64,000 nucleotides of DNA, from the NCBI GenBank assembly GCA_001643675.2, contig LSRY02000028.1:62001-126000 (forward strand), given 5' to 3'. Shown here one piece after another: positions 26,104 to 40,699 of this stretch (the stretch's first letter is position 1; each line of letters opens with the position of its first letter). Source of the DNA: Monocercomonoides exilis PA203. Lineage: Eukaryota; Protista; Preaxostyla. A program made the translations under genes and the position numbers. The notes beneath the pieces were generated by a model. That model was not told the origin of the DNA, did no database searches, and was given only the letters and a program-made list of their open reading frames with translations.

Positions 26104-29100
26104 ATGTGCTTTATTGCATTGTCCATTGCGGCACTAGCTCTGGAAATGTGTTTACAGGATGAAGGAGGAGGTGTATGGGAGGAGAAGTGGAAGATGGATA
26201 AAGAAATGAATAAGATTAAAACGATTCCTGCAAGAGCAAACAAGGAGAAGAGCGCATTTATTAGTGATACATATGCGAGCATTAATTTTATGGATACGAG
26301 GAAGGATAAAGGAAATGAAGAAAGAGATGAAGCAATGAATTGCTTAAAGGATTTGAATGAAGAAAAGTTCAATGAAAACAAAGAAATTAACAGAATAGAA
26401 ATCGGAAGAAAACTCGAGATAAAAAAGAAAATGATATATGCAATCAGGAGGAACGGAAGAAATGGTGTTTTTTGATCAGATGGGAGCGAAATAGAAGGAT
26501 ATTGGAAATTGAAGAATTCTTCGACAACATGGAGTGGATTAAGGCTGCAATCGAGCGAAAAAAGAAATATTATTTGCATTGAAAAGGAGAGCAAGGTGGT
26601 GATTTGCGAATGCTTGATTGTTGTGCTCGATGACATTTCGCCATTTTATTTTGATGGGAGCCGTGGATTGTTCACCAACATTTCCCTCAGATCATATTCA
26701 ACTTCAACTTCAACCTCGACTGAAGAGATATTTTCACCGTTTTTCTCTTCAAAAGCATCAGAAGGAGAGATTCCAGAGAAATGCCACCTTTCTGTTTGTT
26801 CTTCTCATTTCTCATCATTTTGTGTGTCTTCAGCCCCATTCATCTCGTCGCACTTTGTTTCTCTTTCCCAACTAGAATTCTTCAACATCTCCACAAATCC
26901 ATCGAAAACAACACATCTGGGTGAAGGGCTGAGAGAAACATCATTTCTTATGAGTGGATGCACATTTTCATCAGTGTGGGATGTGTATGATGGGAGCATT
27001 GTCCCCTCGCTCAACAGCCCTTCATCTTCATTGGCTGCCTCGAACACCTCATTTGTCAGGTGCTATCGCTCTCAGAATGTTGCGGTCAATGGGAGCGAAG
27101 GAAATCCATCGAAACCAGGGAGAACCCAGATAGCAGACAATATGGTAAATTCGTTCACTTGGTGCGAATGGAGTGGATCGAGGACAACAGGAACATCGCA
27201 TTTCGCTGATGATGGTGATTCAAATGGCGGAGCTATTTACATGTATGAACTATCATTAGGAACACTCTCTGTAAAGTGTTGTTCGTTCAACGAATGCTAT
27301 GCGTTTAATTTTGGAGGAGGAATTATGTGCTATAAAATCAAATCAATCAAGATTGAGAACAACTCGTTCATTTCTTGCGCAGCTCTAACAGATGAAGGGG
27401 GAGGAATGTTTGCATATTCAATTTCAACATGTGCTATTATAAGTGGTTGCGAATTCCACAAATGTTCTGCAAATTATGATGGAGGAGGGCTTTATCTTGA
27501 TTATTTTAATGTTTCTGGATCCAATTGTATTGGAACAGAAAGTGGGAAAGGGGAGAGTGCTTGTGTGTTTGAGTGCTCATTCACTTCATGCTCACTTTCA
27601 AGAAATTGTGGTGGAGGGATGTATTGTGCAAGTGTTCCAGCTGCATTCAAAATGAGGAGTGTTCAGTTTATTTCGTGCAAAGCGACATCATATGGCGGAG
27701 GAATAGATTTCAGGCCAGTTCAATCAGAAGCTCCAAGCAACAACATTTATTGTTATTTCTTTTTCTTCCACAATTGCAGATGCAGCAATTCCACTCCGTG
27801 TGGACATGATGCGTTCTTTCATGATGGAAATAATCTTTTTTCGTTAAGCAACCCGTTCTATGAATCATATACAACGAATATATATGAAAAGAGAATGTGT
27901 TATTTAGAAAATAGTTATCAAGAAACGCAAAAGAAGTGGTGGTTGAGAGACTGGATGAAGGATCTGTATGTTGGGGTGAGTGGAAGTGATTTGAGTGATA
28001 TGTGTGGGATGAGCGATGCAGCTCCGTGCAAGACAGTAAGGCATGCAGTGGGGTCGAGCATGGCGCAGCTGAGCTCGATGATCACTTTGTTGGATGGGAA
28101 GCATGTGAGCAAAGGTTCAACAATCGGTTTTGGGGAAAAGAAGATTTCTATTGTAGGGAGAGGGAAGACAGTGAGCGTGATTGGGACGAATCCTCTTTCT
28201 TCGACTTCGACAGTGCTGTTTAGCGTATCTTCTGGTCAATTGGATGTGAGGCATATAGGGATCGATCACAACGCTACAAGAAGCTCATCAACAAGCGTGT
28301 TTGTGGTGTCACTGGAAAGCGGGATTCTTTTGCTGGAGGATGTGGCGATAGACTCTTCAACATCAGGAGGAAGTGTTAAATCATCATCTGTGTTTGAAGT
28401 GGCGCTGAATCAGTTGAAGACGATTGATGTGGAGATCAAAAATATAAAAATGAGTCAACCTCTATTTGCCGAACCATCATCTGCAGGAACGTTATCTGGA
28501 GAGAGTTTGCTGGGGAATTTAACAATTCGGAATGTGAATCGAACAACAGGGGATGGAGTGGTGATAACAAAGAGTGTGAAGGGAGGAGAAACATTTGTGA
28601 TATGGAATACAACAATGGAAGGATGCTTTTGCGAAAGTGGGAATGGAGGAGGTGTAAAGGTTGAGTTGGCTTCTTCAACAAGCAAAGTTCGTATTGGAAC
28701 ATCAACATCGCACAATGGAGGAACAACAAAATTCAACAAAACGAAGTGCAGCGGATATGGAGGAGGGGTGATGCTGTGGCTGGCAGATAACTCATTTGAT
28801 TTTGCGATAACAACAGTGAGTTTTGTTGGTTGCAGTGCAACATCGGGAGGGAAAGATGTGTTTGTGAATGGGAGCAGGTTTGTGAGCGGGACAATAACAA
28901 CCACAAAGCTGAATGTTGAAAACAATGGATCTATTTATGATGAGCTGATGGGATGTGACCGGAATGAGGGAGGGATGGGAATATTTCCTTTGAATGTGTT
29001 ATTTGATACATTTTCAGGAGCAGCACATGTGGGGAAAGCGGTGAATGGGTTTGGGGGATATGACTCGTGGTTTTGTGGGTTTGGGTATTTTCCATGCAAA

Positions 29101-32100
29101 ACGATCACAAAGGCAGCAGAGAACAGATTCAGTTCGTCAAAGAAGAACATTGTGTTGGATTCAGGGTTTGAGCTGGGAGAAGTTGTGTCTATGGCAGGGT
29201 CATATGAATGGGAGGTGTATTGCACAACAAACAAGACGAATGTGAATATTTTGTTGCCCATTGGAATGACACCTTCGTATTTGATTAATATCGAAAGCAA
29301 AAGTTCAATAAAGAACATTGCGTTCCAAATTCCATTTTCATTATCGAGTGCAACATCACTCATTGCTTTGACCAGCTCATCACTCACGCTCACAGACTGC
29401 TCAGTTGCTCACATATCAGAGAGTACATCGAGTGTGGCCTTTGGATATAGCATTGTGAATGTGCAGAGCGGGAGTCTGAAAATGGATCGATTTGTGATTG
29501 GTGGAGCACTTGTGTTTAGAGCTCATTCAGCGATTGAATTTTATGAAGGAATGACGAGTGTGATTTGTTCAGGATGCAATATCAGTGGAGTCAAAAGGAA
29601 TGAGGGAGATGGAGGATGGATGAAAGGAACAGTTGGGGATTATGGGATTGTGGGTGTTGATGGATGCAATGTGAATGGATGCAGTTGTGTCTGTGGAAAA
29701 GGAGGAGGAACATATGTTTATTTGCAGGGAAATGGGGAAGTTGTAGTGAATGGGTCGAGTGTGATTGATGGATGCAAGTCAGAGAACAATGGAGGAAACG
29801 GAGGGAGAGGAGGAGGGATGATGGTGGTGATGGAGAGTGGGGGATGTGGATTGACAATTGGGCAGAATGTTGAGTTTTCAAAAGTGAATGGGAATGTGGC
29901 ATTATATGGAAAGGATGTGTTTGTTCATTGTGGGAGTGGTGTGTTTTTGGAGTCAAAAGTGAATACCAGCTCATTTTCATTTTTTGACATAAGCACCATT
30001 CCATCAGATGTGTTGAAGTCGAGTGGGAGTGAAAATGGGGAAGAAAGTGGAGTGATTCCACTGTTTGTGTATTTGTGCACAATGGGAACAAAGGTGCTTG
30101 TTGATGGAAGTGGAGGAAATGGGAAAGATCACAACCATTGTGGATTTGATGCATTCAGGTGTTTGACAGTTGATTATTGTGCGAACTCAAGATTGAGTGA
30201 AAGTTCAAAAGAAATAGAGATTGTCTCATCTTCGTCAATAACCAAGGAAATAACAGGACCATCATTTGGTGTGATAATTTCAGGCAGAACAACAACATCA
30301 TCAGAGGGGGAGAAGATACAGGTGAATGTAAGTGATGGAGGATCAGCCGCACAAGATTGGCTTGTTGGATGTTCGAGTTCACTGACAATGAGCAGACTTT
30401 CATTTGTTGTGAAAGGTCAGTTGAATTCAAGGAGAAGTGCATTCATTCACTCAACATCAACACTCAGTGTGACGAACTGTTCAGTCTCATTTGAAAGTGG
30501 GGCATTAACAAGTGGAAAGATCGGATACAGCATCATTGACATGGCAGGAGGGAATCTGATTGTTGATGGATTTGTGATGGAAAGTGGAGTGACACTGAAG
30601 ATGAATGGGAAATCACCAATCACAATGACAAGCGGAGTTCAATTGGAGATATCAAACAGCAGAATGTGTGGAGTGGAGGTGGAAGTTGCAGGTGGAAATG
30701 GAGGAGGGGGATGGTTGAATGTTGGGATGGGTGTCAATGGGGTTGCAAATATTGAAGAATGCAATTTGTCATCAGTATGTTCAGGCGGTAGTGGGATGAA
30801 AGGAGGAGGGATGATGGTTTCAGTTGGGAAGGGAGGGAGTTTGGAGATGAAAAATGTGAACTTATCAGGATGTGAAGTTCCAACAGAGGATATTGATGAA
30901 GTGGGAAGAGGAATTGGAGGAGGGATGTTTGTTGAGCTTCCTGAAGAGATTGGATTATTTGTGCTTGAAGGAATGGAATTTGAAGGATGCAATGCCTGGA
31001 AAGGGAAGAATTTGTTTGTGGAAGCACAGGATATGCCAGCAGTCATCAACAACACCTCAATTGGATTTAATCCAGAAATTGGAATTAAAGTTGCAGACTT
31101 GAATGAACTTTGTGGAAGAGAGAGAAACCAGACAGAGATGATTGTTCCACTTGTTGTGTTTCTTCGAACAATACCATCGCCTGCATATGTGAGTGGGAGA
31201 GAACAAGGAAATGAATTCAGTCTGTGTGGATATGAAGATTACCCATGCAAAGTGATTGGGAATGTTGGAGAAGTTCAGTTTCCGAGTTCAAAGAGATTCA
31301 TCAGATTTACAAGCACATTTTCATTTGATGAAGAAGTGAAATTGAATGAACAGTCATATGAGATTGATTCAAGTGATAAAACTTTTGGAATAAAAATCGA
31401 GGCAACAGAAACAAAAATGCAAGAAGCGTTGGTGATGAACAGTGTTTCATCAACATTGACGGGGATATTGTTTGAATTGGGAGGATCGATTGGGGAACAT
31501 TCATCATTTGTCCATTCTTCAGGAGGCATATTTAGATTTACTGATTGTGGGATAAAGATGGGGAATGGAGTAGATTCTGCGAATTATGAGTTTGTGAGTG
31601 CGAGTGGATGGACATTATCCATTTCAGATTTCAGCATGAGTCATGCGAAATTTGGATTGAAGCCATTCGTTGTTGTTGATGGAAATGGGGAGGCTTCGAT
31701 TGGGGATACATTGCTTGAGAGCGTGGAAAATACAAATATGAAGGGATTGATTGAGTATTCATCATCATCGAGTTCATTGACGATCGGGAATGTGACAGCA
31801 CAAGAATGTGTGATGGGGAGGAAAGGGTTGATATGTGATGAAAATGGAAAGAGGCTGGGGATGAGGAATTGCACGATTGAGAAGATGAGCAGTTTGGAGG
31901 GAAATGGGAGTGTTGTGAGTGGAGAAGTTGGAAATGGATGTGCTGTTGAGGTGAATGATGTTGTGATTGAAAGATGCGGAACATTGAAGGGATGCGGAGG
32001 AGGAATGAGTGTGATATTGAAGGGAACAGGAGAAATGCGTTTGGGAAAGAGTGGAGTGGTGACGTCATTTAAGAAATGTTCAGCTGGTGGTGAGGGGTCA

Positions 32101-35100
32101 GTTGGGGGATATGGGGGAGGAGTGTTGTTGAAATGCGAAGAAGGAGGAAGGGACTTTGTGATGAGTGGATTGACATTTGGAACAGGAGACGGTGTAAACA
32201 CAGCCGCACATGGAGGAAACAATGTGTTTGTTGAAGGAACAAATTTGTCACAGTTGGTGAACAACGCATCATTCTCCTTCTCATTTGAGATTGAAGGTGA
32301 AAGATTTGACATAAAAGATCTTATGGGAGTAGAAAATGAGAACGAGTTGAAGTTGATTCCCGTTGTGGTATTCTTTCGAGAGAAGCCGAGCGTTGGGTAT
32401 GTGAATGGGGGAAATGGAGGGATGGACTATTATAAGTGCGGATATTCTGACTTTGCATGCTCCACATTGACATATGCAGGAACAAGTGTTTTTGGCACAT
32501 CGCCAGCAACACTGAAACTTGTTGATGGAAGTTCTATTTTCGATGAAATGACACTCAACACTCAAGAAATGAACATTGATGGAGATATTGAAAAGGCGAA
32601 GATTGGAATAAGCGAAGGAGGAGAAAACATATTTTTGATAAAGAGCGAACGAGCAGTATCGTTTTCATCATTGGCATTTTCGATATCAACATTTGCCGAA
32701 TCAAAAAAGGAGTGTGTATTTCTGTGCAGTTCAAGCACATTGAGATTTGAAGGATGTTCATTTGGAGCAGAATCAGAAAGTATTGGAGTGGGATTGATTT
32801 GCGGAAAAAGAGGGAAAGTGGAGTTGGCAAATTGTGAATTTGAAAATATCCGAATGACCAAATTAGGGATGGTGACTTTTGATGGAGTAGGGGTTGGAGG
32901 ATTGATTGATGAGGTGATTGTGAGGAATGTGACAAGAGAATATGAGGGAAGAAGCTTATTTGAGCTGAGAAATGGAGGAGATGTTGAGATAAAGAACACT
33001 ACAATGAATAAATCTCGTTTTAATGATGGAAATGAGATTGAGATTGGAGAAGGGATAAATGCTAAAATCTGGAACTGCACATTCAAATCGATTCAGAGAG
33101 AGAATGGAAATGGAGGGGTGTTGAATGGGAGAGTGGGGAGTGGGAAGTATGTGGATATTAACAAATGCGTGTTTGAGGATTGCAAATGCGAGTCAACGAG
33201 CGCAATTGGGGGAGGGATTTTTATGATTGTGGGAGATGGAGGGAATTTGTTGTTTGATGATAACAAGATGAATGGATGCCAAGTGCAATTAGATAGAAGT
33301 GGAAAAGGAGGAGGGTTGCATCTGACATTTGAAACAACGAATATTGAATACTCAATGAAGAATGATGATTTTGCGAACAATGTTGCACAAAAAGGAGAAG
33401 ATGTGTATTTGGTGTGTGGATCACCATGGACGATACTTCTTCCAGCGTTGTGGGAAGGAACAGCCACAAGAATCACAGCAGAAAATAAGATGTGGATATT
33501 TGAATCATCTGAACCAAGAAAAGAAGACTCACTGATCAATTATCTGTTTCCAAGGTTGGGAACAAATTTGTTTGTGAGTAATGCTGGAAATGAGGAGGAT
33601 AATTGTGGGGTGAAAGAAAATCCTTGCTTGTCTGTTGATATTGGGTTTGATCGGTTGAAGGATGAGATAGAGAGGATTATGCTTGTTGATGCTGCTTTAG
33701 TGAGCAAGACGATCAACAGAGGTGGGAAAGGACTGACAATCGAAGGGAATGAAGAAACGAGAGAACTGATTGTTGAAGAGGAAGGGAAATTTGAATTGAC
33801 AGAAGGAGATGGACAAACACATTTGACATTGTCACTTCTTCAGATTTCGCTTCCATGCTCCTCTGCAAGTACGCCTGGCGATGAATCGATTGTGGAAGTT
33901 AGGATTGGGGAATGCTTCATTTTGGATTGTTTGTTTTCAGGAGGAGAAGGGAATGGGAATGCGAATGAGAATGTGAATGAGTGTGGGAAGTGGATAGTGA
34001 TTGGGAATGGAGGGGTCATTCGAATAGAGAGAACAGAAATGAACGGGATAAGATTCGAAGGTTGTGGAATTGCAAGATTTGGAGGAGGGAATGTGATATT
34101 TGAGAGCTGTTCCTTGAGTGGGATTGAGACCAGCGGAGGAGGAGTGATGGTGGGGAATGGTGGATCGGAAGTGACGTTGAGGAACATGACAGCATTGGGG
34201 TGTGTTGTGGGAGCAGGATCGCTGATGACGTCGAATGGAGGATCGAATTTGAGAGTTGATGGAGAAAGCAGATTTGAGAATATTGAGACAGGAAGTGTGA
34301 GTGGAGGGTGTGTGAAGAGCGAGATGAAGCTGAATGATTTGCTTGAAATGGGATCATCATCCATATTGAGATGCTCGGCGAATGGAAATGGAGGAAGAGG
34401 AGGAGGAATATATCTGGATTTGAGTGACAATTGTGTGAATAACTTTGCGTTGACAATATTGATATTCGAAGACAATGTTGCTGCTGAGGGAAGGGATTTG
34501 TTCATTTCTTGCAAGAAACTGAATGAAACAGTGATGAAGGAGAGGTTTGGATTTGAATACAAAAATGAAAATGGAGAAGGAGAATGGATGGCAGTTGATA
34601 TGAAAGGGATTGACAGAGACTATTTTGCAGAGAGTGTTGATCTTGGGCTATTTCTTGTTGAAGTGAAGAGAATGGAGGTGTGTGTGTCGAGGGAGGGGTA
34701 TGACACATTGGGATGTGGGAGTGAAGCATATCCGTGTGAATCGATGTGGAGTGGAATAAGCCACGTTGACAGAAGTGGGATTGAAGGAGAAAGGAAAGTG
34801 AAAGTGAGGGATGAAGGGACAATTGAAGATTCTTATTCATTTTTGAAAGTGCTTGTGATTGATGGGTGTGTGAATGAAGGAGATGAGACCAAACACAAGC
34901 CTGTTCAGTTTATTGAGAGAATCAAAGGGAATTCAGCATTAACTTCATCTGTTATTTCATCAACAGTTTCACTCAGCTTGTTATCTTTGAAGTTACAGAT
35001 TCCAAGTCAATTTGAGCAATGTATGAATTCATTGATCTCATCGAATGGGGTTCTAAAATTTGAAAACTGTTTATTTGAGATCCGATCATCAACAGATATT

Positions 35101-38100
35101 GTTCAATACTCATTGATAATCACAACCAGTGGAAGTTGCACATTGAAGGGATGCAGTTTGACGGGGATGTCATTTGTCAAATCTCCATTGGTGATGGCTT
35201 CTTCTGTTTTATTTGAAAACAGCAGCTTTTCAAACATTATGAACACTGGAAGCGGTGAAGAAGGAGGTGTTGCAAAAGTGATATTGAAAGGGAATGAAGA
35301 TTTGGTGATTAAATCAACAAATGCATCATTTTGCTCGCTTTCATCAAGCAATGGAAAAGGAGGATTCTTGTATTTGGATTGCCAAAATTGTTTGAATGAA
35401 AAGCCATTTCTTTTTGATGCTGGCGCAACATTTGAGAACAACAAAGCAGCCATTGGAAAGAATGTGTTCATTTTGGGAAAGGATTTTAATTGTTCAGTGA
35501 CAAATGGCGCTCATTCAAGTTTGATTATACCTCAATGATCAATGATAAAACTCTGTTTGTTGGAAGTGATGATTTTCATTCAGACAAGGATTTATTCATG
35601 TTTCTTATTCCATTCAGCTCATTTGAGATATTTATCTCATTGAGTGGATTTGATGTGGCGCGTTGTGGAAGCGAGGAAGAACCATGCCAAACAATGTGGA
35701 AAGGGATGGAAAATATGAAAAAGGAGAATGGAATGAAAACAATTCAAATTGAAGGATCAACTATCATTCGAGATTCTTTCAATGTTTCCAACTATCAGAT
35801 CAAAAAGAATGTGAAGATGGGAGAGGAAGATACGCAAGCAATATTGAATTTTGAAAAGGAAATTGGAAGTCAGCTGGAATATTTCATTGAAAATGACGAA
35901 CATCTTGAATTAACGAATATCCAACTGCAACTGGCATCTGATTTTGACAGTTCGGCCAAATCGATTATTTCAAACAAAGGAGGAGATTTGGTAATAACTG
36001 GATGCTCATTCCATTCAGCAGCTGGAGTGAACAATGGATTTGATTGTGTGTTTGTGGATGTGATTGGAGGAAGTGTGGAGGTGGATGATTTGTCGATGGA
36101 ATCGTGCAATATTGGAAACAGTATTTTTGTTGTTTATGGTTGTAGAGTTTCTTGTCATTTGGTGAATGTACGAATGGGATCGTTGAATGAAAGTGGGGGA
36201 TGCATTTTATTGATCAAGGAATCTGAGCCAGGATTGAAGATAAATGAAGAAGGAATAAATCTCCAATGACAATTCATCATTTTCAGGAGTGAAGAAAAGT
36301 ATCAATGGAGCGAGCATTTTGGAATCAAAGAGTGCGAAAAAGATTTGTTTGGTTGTGAATGAGAGTTCGTTTGTTGAAGACAAAGCAGAAGCAAGTGAAA
36401 AAGGAGGGGCAATATCCTTCACATTGGGTGCATCTGGATCAATGAAGATGACTGACTCAACAATCAGTCATTGCCGCTGCGGTGAAAGCACAGGAAGAGG
36501 AGGAGGTATGTATCTTGCAACAAAGGAAAGAGGTGAATTGAATTTCGCATTTATTGGAATAAAGTTCGCCGCAAATACAGCAAGAGTGGGGAATAATATT
36601 TTCATTGAATGTTACAACATAACATCTCAGATCAATGAAAGCCGATTTCAGTTTGATCTTCGAGAAGGCCATTACTCTCGTTACAATGCGATATATGGAA
36701 GAGATGAATGTGATTATCGAAATGATACAGATCTGATTTATTTTGTGACGATCCATCAGAGTGACACGATCATTGTGAGCAGTGTGAATGGATCTGATGA
36801 GAGGCAATGTGGGACAAACGCACAACCATGTTATTCAATTGATTATGGACTAATGCATCTGACGTCTGATTTTATGAGTCAAATGATTGTTGTTGATGAA
36901 AGTATTATAAGTGGTGAATTGAATTTGAAAGAAATGGGTTTGAGTTCGAAGAATAGAGTCGTATGCAAAGTTGAAGTTGAAACGGGGATTGAAAGCACAA
37001 GAGATGCTTTGATAACAACAAATGGAGAAGTGTCATTGCTGAGAGTGAACTTTGCGTTCGATTCGAATTTCATCTCTTCGCATGAATCATTAATCTCTCC
37101 GGATGGAGGGATTTTTGAGATTATGAATTGTTCATTCACATCAAAGCAATTGATGGAAGAAGGAAATGCAGAATTTGCATATATTCCATTTCACATAATC
37201 AATATGGAAAAAGGAGAATTACAACTCATGGAATGTTCAATATCAAATCTCATTCTTCATGAATCTGCATTGCATCTTTCATCACCACTTCCATCAGTGA
37301 TTTATTCATTTATAATTTGCAATTCAACAATTTCTCGTTCTTTTGTTGAAATTATTGAATGTGGGAAATTGAGTATGGAAAAGTTAAATATTGAAAATAT
37401 CACAGTTGAAGGAGATGAAGAATCATTGATATCTTGTTTGTCAATGAGAAAGACAATTCAATTAGCAAATTGCACAATAGGAAAAGTGAGTTCAAACACC
37501 ACAAAAGGGAAATTGATGAAATTGGAGGATTGCACAGATGTGAAAATGGACAGTTGCATTTTTGATGGGAGTGCAAAGGAAAGAAATGAGCAACATTTGA
37601 ACGAGAAAGAAGAGATGTGCAGATGGGAAGGATCTCTTGTGGATATTGTGAAGAGTTCTATGATGATGAAAGTTTCAACATTATCAAATTCACCTGAAGG
37701 TGGAATAACAATGAGAGGTGGAAATGTGATTATTGAGAAAGGAGAGTTCATTGACAACAATCCATCAATTGAAGTATATCCATCACTGAGAAGAAACATC
37801 ATTTGTTCTGATTCTGGAACATTGAATATGATGAGTTTGAAAGGAGGAGATGGATTGAAGGATAATACTTCACTCTGGATGTTGAATGAAGGGTGCAGTT
37901 TTGAAGGGATTGTTTCTGAGAGAGATTCTCCATTTTTCATTCCTGTGCTGGAGAGTGTGGAGGCAAAAGAAGAGACAGATAGAATGAAGCTGACATTCAA
38001 AGGATTTCTTTTTGTTCCGTGCAATCTGTCATTCAGAGTTGTGAAGAGGAAGGGAGAAGAGAAAGAGATTGAAAAGCATGATTTTGATTCAAATGGATTC

Positions 38101-39642
38101 TTGTCAGAAAGAGAAGCAGAAGGAAGTGTGGAAAAAGATCTCATCAGCAATTGTAATGATGAAATAGAAATTAGTGCATATGTTTTATTTGGGAATACAG
38201 AATTTCCTTCATCAACTCAATCATTTATTCTGAAGAATGAAAGCGAAACATAGTCAAATGGAAATGAAAGGATTGTTGAAGGAGGAAAAGAAGGGAAATC
38301 TTATTGGTTATTGATTGTCATTGTGCTTGTTGTAATTCTGCTGATTGTTTTTGTTGTATCTGTTGTTCTGGCTGTTCGATGGAGAAAAGCGAAAAATGAG
38401 AACAAAGATCTGAGAGAGATTGTGAATGATAACATCAAAAAGGATCCGAAGGCGTTTGAGATGGTGACGATGGAGATGTCGCCTGAGGAGCAGTGGAGAA
38501 GAGCAGAGAGGGATGCAGAGAAGAAAAATGAAGAGAGGATAAAGAAAAAAATATATGAGACAAATATGGAACATTCAGAATCATCAGAGCATTTGTTGAG
38601 TGAATGTGGATCGACAGAAAATATCTTGGGAAGAGATTCAGACAAGATCCCAGAATGGGTACTGGAAGAAGTTGATGAGAAGGAGTGGGAGGATGAGATT
38701 CGAAAGCGAACTCCAACACCTTCCATTTCATCTAAGTCAACTTCTTCAACTACAGACACGGAAACCACATTTGTGCAAATTGAAGATATATGTCCAACCA
38801 CTTCGTCCATGTCGAATCTTGTGGATGCAATGGCCTGTTCATCGCCACATGAGAAGCTGATTGTGGATCTGAGGGATTCACTTTTCATGCTGCTGCATGG
38901 AAAAAATGAGAAGAAGGAGATGGCGATTGGCACCTTTCAGGAGAGGGAGCAGACGGCTGCTCAGATCCTGTTCTGGGTGGCGAATCTTGCGCTCCACTCC
39001 TTCGACGAAATGAACAACCCGCTCCAATCGTTGGCCAATCTGAGTCCGCACATTGTGCTGTTCTCGGAACATATGGTGATCTGCATTGTGATGCACTCCG
39101 ACTTCTCATCAGATGATAGTTCAGACTCATCATCCATCTCTTCATCAACTGTTGTGACTTCTGCAAGTGATGATGACGAAGATGAAGACTCTCTCCCCTC
39201 GTCTGCGTTTGAGGATGATGAATACAACAGGAAGGAGTGCCTGAGGTGGAAGGCACCTGAGCTGCTGATGAACAAGAAAATGGGGGCAACGAAGGAGTCA
39301 GTTGCGTTTTCGATAGGGATGATGCTTTGGGAGTGCCTGACTCTTCATGTTCCATTTGGAGAATATGAAGCTGTAACAGCTGGGGATAAAATAGTGAATG
39401 GGAAGAGGCCAAGCATGGAAGAAGTTCACTCGACTTTTGAGGGAATTGTGAAATCATCGTTTTCTGCCGAGCCATCAGATAGGCCTTCACTGACGGATTT
39501 AAAGAGAGAGTTTATTCAACGTTTTCCTTCGAGCTCGGCAATGATAACAATGTCCGATGCGATCGACGTAACATGCCTGAAAACCAGTCAATATATTATA
39601 AACAAAAGCGGAAGGATTGTCATTTTGGAACCAGATAGCTGA
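26104..39642 (+). pseudogene. Giant type-I membrane protein: signal peptide, about 9 Cys-capped beta-helix (pectin-lyase/Pmp-like) modules, TM helix, degenerate kinase-like domain; disrupted
   Basis: Five ORFs (26104, 26509, 35490, 36289, 38311) form one continuous protein when bridged: in-frame TGA 26473-26475, frameshift ~35508, frameshift ~36266, in-frame TAG 38251-38253. Features are repeated V-x-G-x-D-x-CG-x-PC motifs, GGG[IVM] motifs, TM YWLLIVIVLVVILLIVFVVSVVLAVRW and kinase C-lobe RWKAPE...SIGMMLWECLT...PF...RP. Confidence 0.85.
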
Positions 39643-40566
39643 AATTTTTTGCTTTGGAAGAATGAACGATTTCTTCAATAGACAAAGTCCGAATTGAACA
39701 TTTGTTCATTTTTAATGAATAATCGTAAAGAAGATTTATTATGCATTTGAAGTTTGTCGTTTTGTGTTTTGCTTTTTGTTTATGTTTGTTTGTATTTATA
39801 ACCATTTACAAAAATCTTGTTTTGTTTTCGCACACTAATTAATCTATATTATGATAATTATCATTTTTTTAATGTGAGTATACGTATTTTATTTCAATTG
39901 CACTTTTTGACTTGTTTTTAAAGAGCAAACTTAAATTATAAAAATTATATGAATTCACATGTTAATGCAATTTAGATATTCTTTATGTATTAATATATAT
40001 GTTCTTTTCTTTGTTATTATTCTATATACATGTATTGTGGAAATGGTTTTTTAATTGTCTAGCGTTAACATATATTTGTCTCCAATTATGAAGAAATTAT
40101 ATTCCCATTTCACATTTGTAATTAAAAAGCGTTAACGTGAGAAACAATTTTCTTTTAAGTTAATTAATTCAGATGTATAGCGATATGAAAAAAGAATTGT
40201 TTGATTTCTTGTATACGGCTGTTTTTTTAATGAGAATAAATTTGGTTTATATCTTTATTGACCGATCTTGAAAACTGATATTTTAAAAAAAGAACTGAAA
40301 GATTAGGTTAAAGATGCATTAACATTGTTATACTCTCATTAATCATTCAATCACTTCACTTTGACTTTGAGTTTTGATTACTATTTTTTTTTAAATAAAG
40401 AAACAAAAATTGTTTGAATGAAAAGAAATAACAGTTCATTTCATCGACATAGCTTTCATCCTTTGTTTTTTCTTTTGTGAAAAATAATCATTAATATAAT
40501 TATTCAAGAATTTAAAAGAAAATCATTAATTTTTGTTAATAAGTATAAAAAACAAAATAAAAAACT

Positions 40567-40639
40567 CGGCCCGAGGCGGGCTCGAACCGCCGACCTTGTG
40601 GTTAACAGCCACACGCTCTGCCGACTGAGCCATCAGGCC
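40567..40639 (-). tRNA. tRNA-Asn (GTT)
   Basis: GGCCTGA-TG-GCTC-AGTCGGCA-GAGC-G-TGTGG-CTGTTAA-CCACA-AGGTC-GGCGG-TTCGAGC-CCGCC-TCGGGCC-G forms a complete 73-nt cloverleaf, followed by an oligo-T Pol III terminator. Confidence 0.97.
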
Positions 40640-40655
40640 TCTCCTTTAGAACCTG

Positions 40656-40699
40656 ATTGATTTTACTGAGTCACATTTTTGTGACTCAGTCAAATCAAT
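40656..40699. repeat. Hairpin with 20-bp arms (1 mismatch) and TTTT loop just upstream of the tRNA
   Basis: ATTGATTTTACTGAGTCACA-TTTT-TGTGACTCAGTCAAATCAAT. Confidence 0.85.

Noticed and set aside
26473-26475. In-frame TGA as selenocysteine or programmed readthrough
   Set aside because: No redox motif context or evident SECIS, and the same gene has three other lesions.
38251-38253. In-frame TAG (and TAA at 49888 and 57931) as evidence of a TAR=Gln genetic code, as known in some oxymonads
   Set aside because: Intact genes here end in TAA (GCP2; 8348) and TAG (2243), long conserved exons contain no in-frame TAR, and the affected genes also carry frameshifts or TGA stops.
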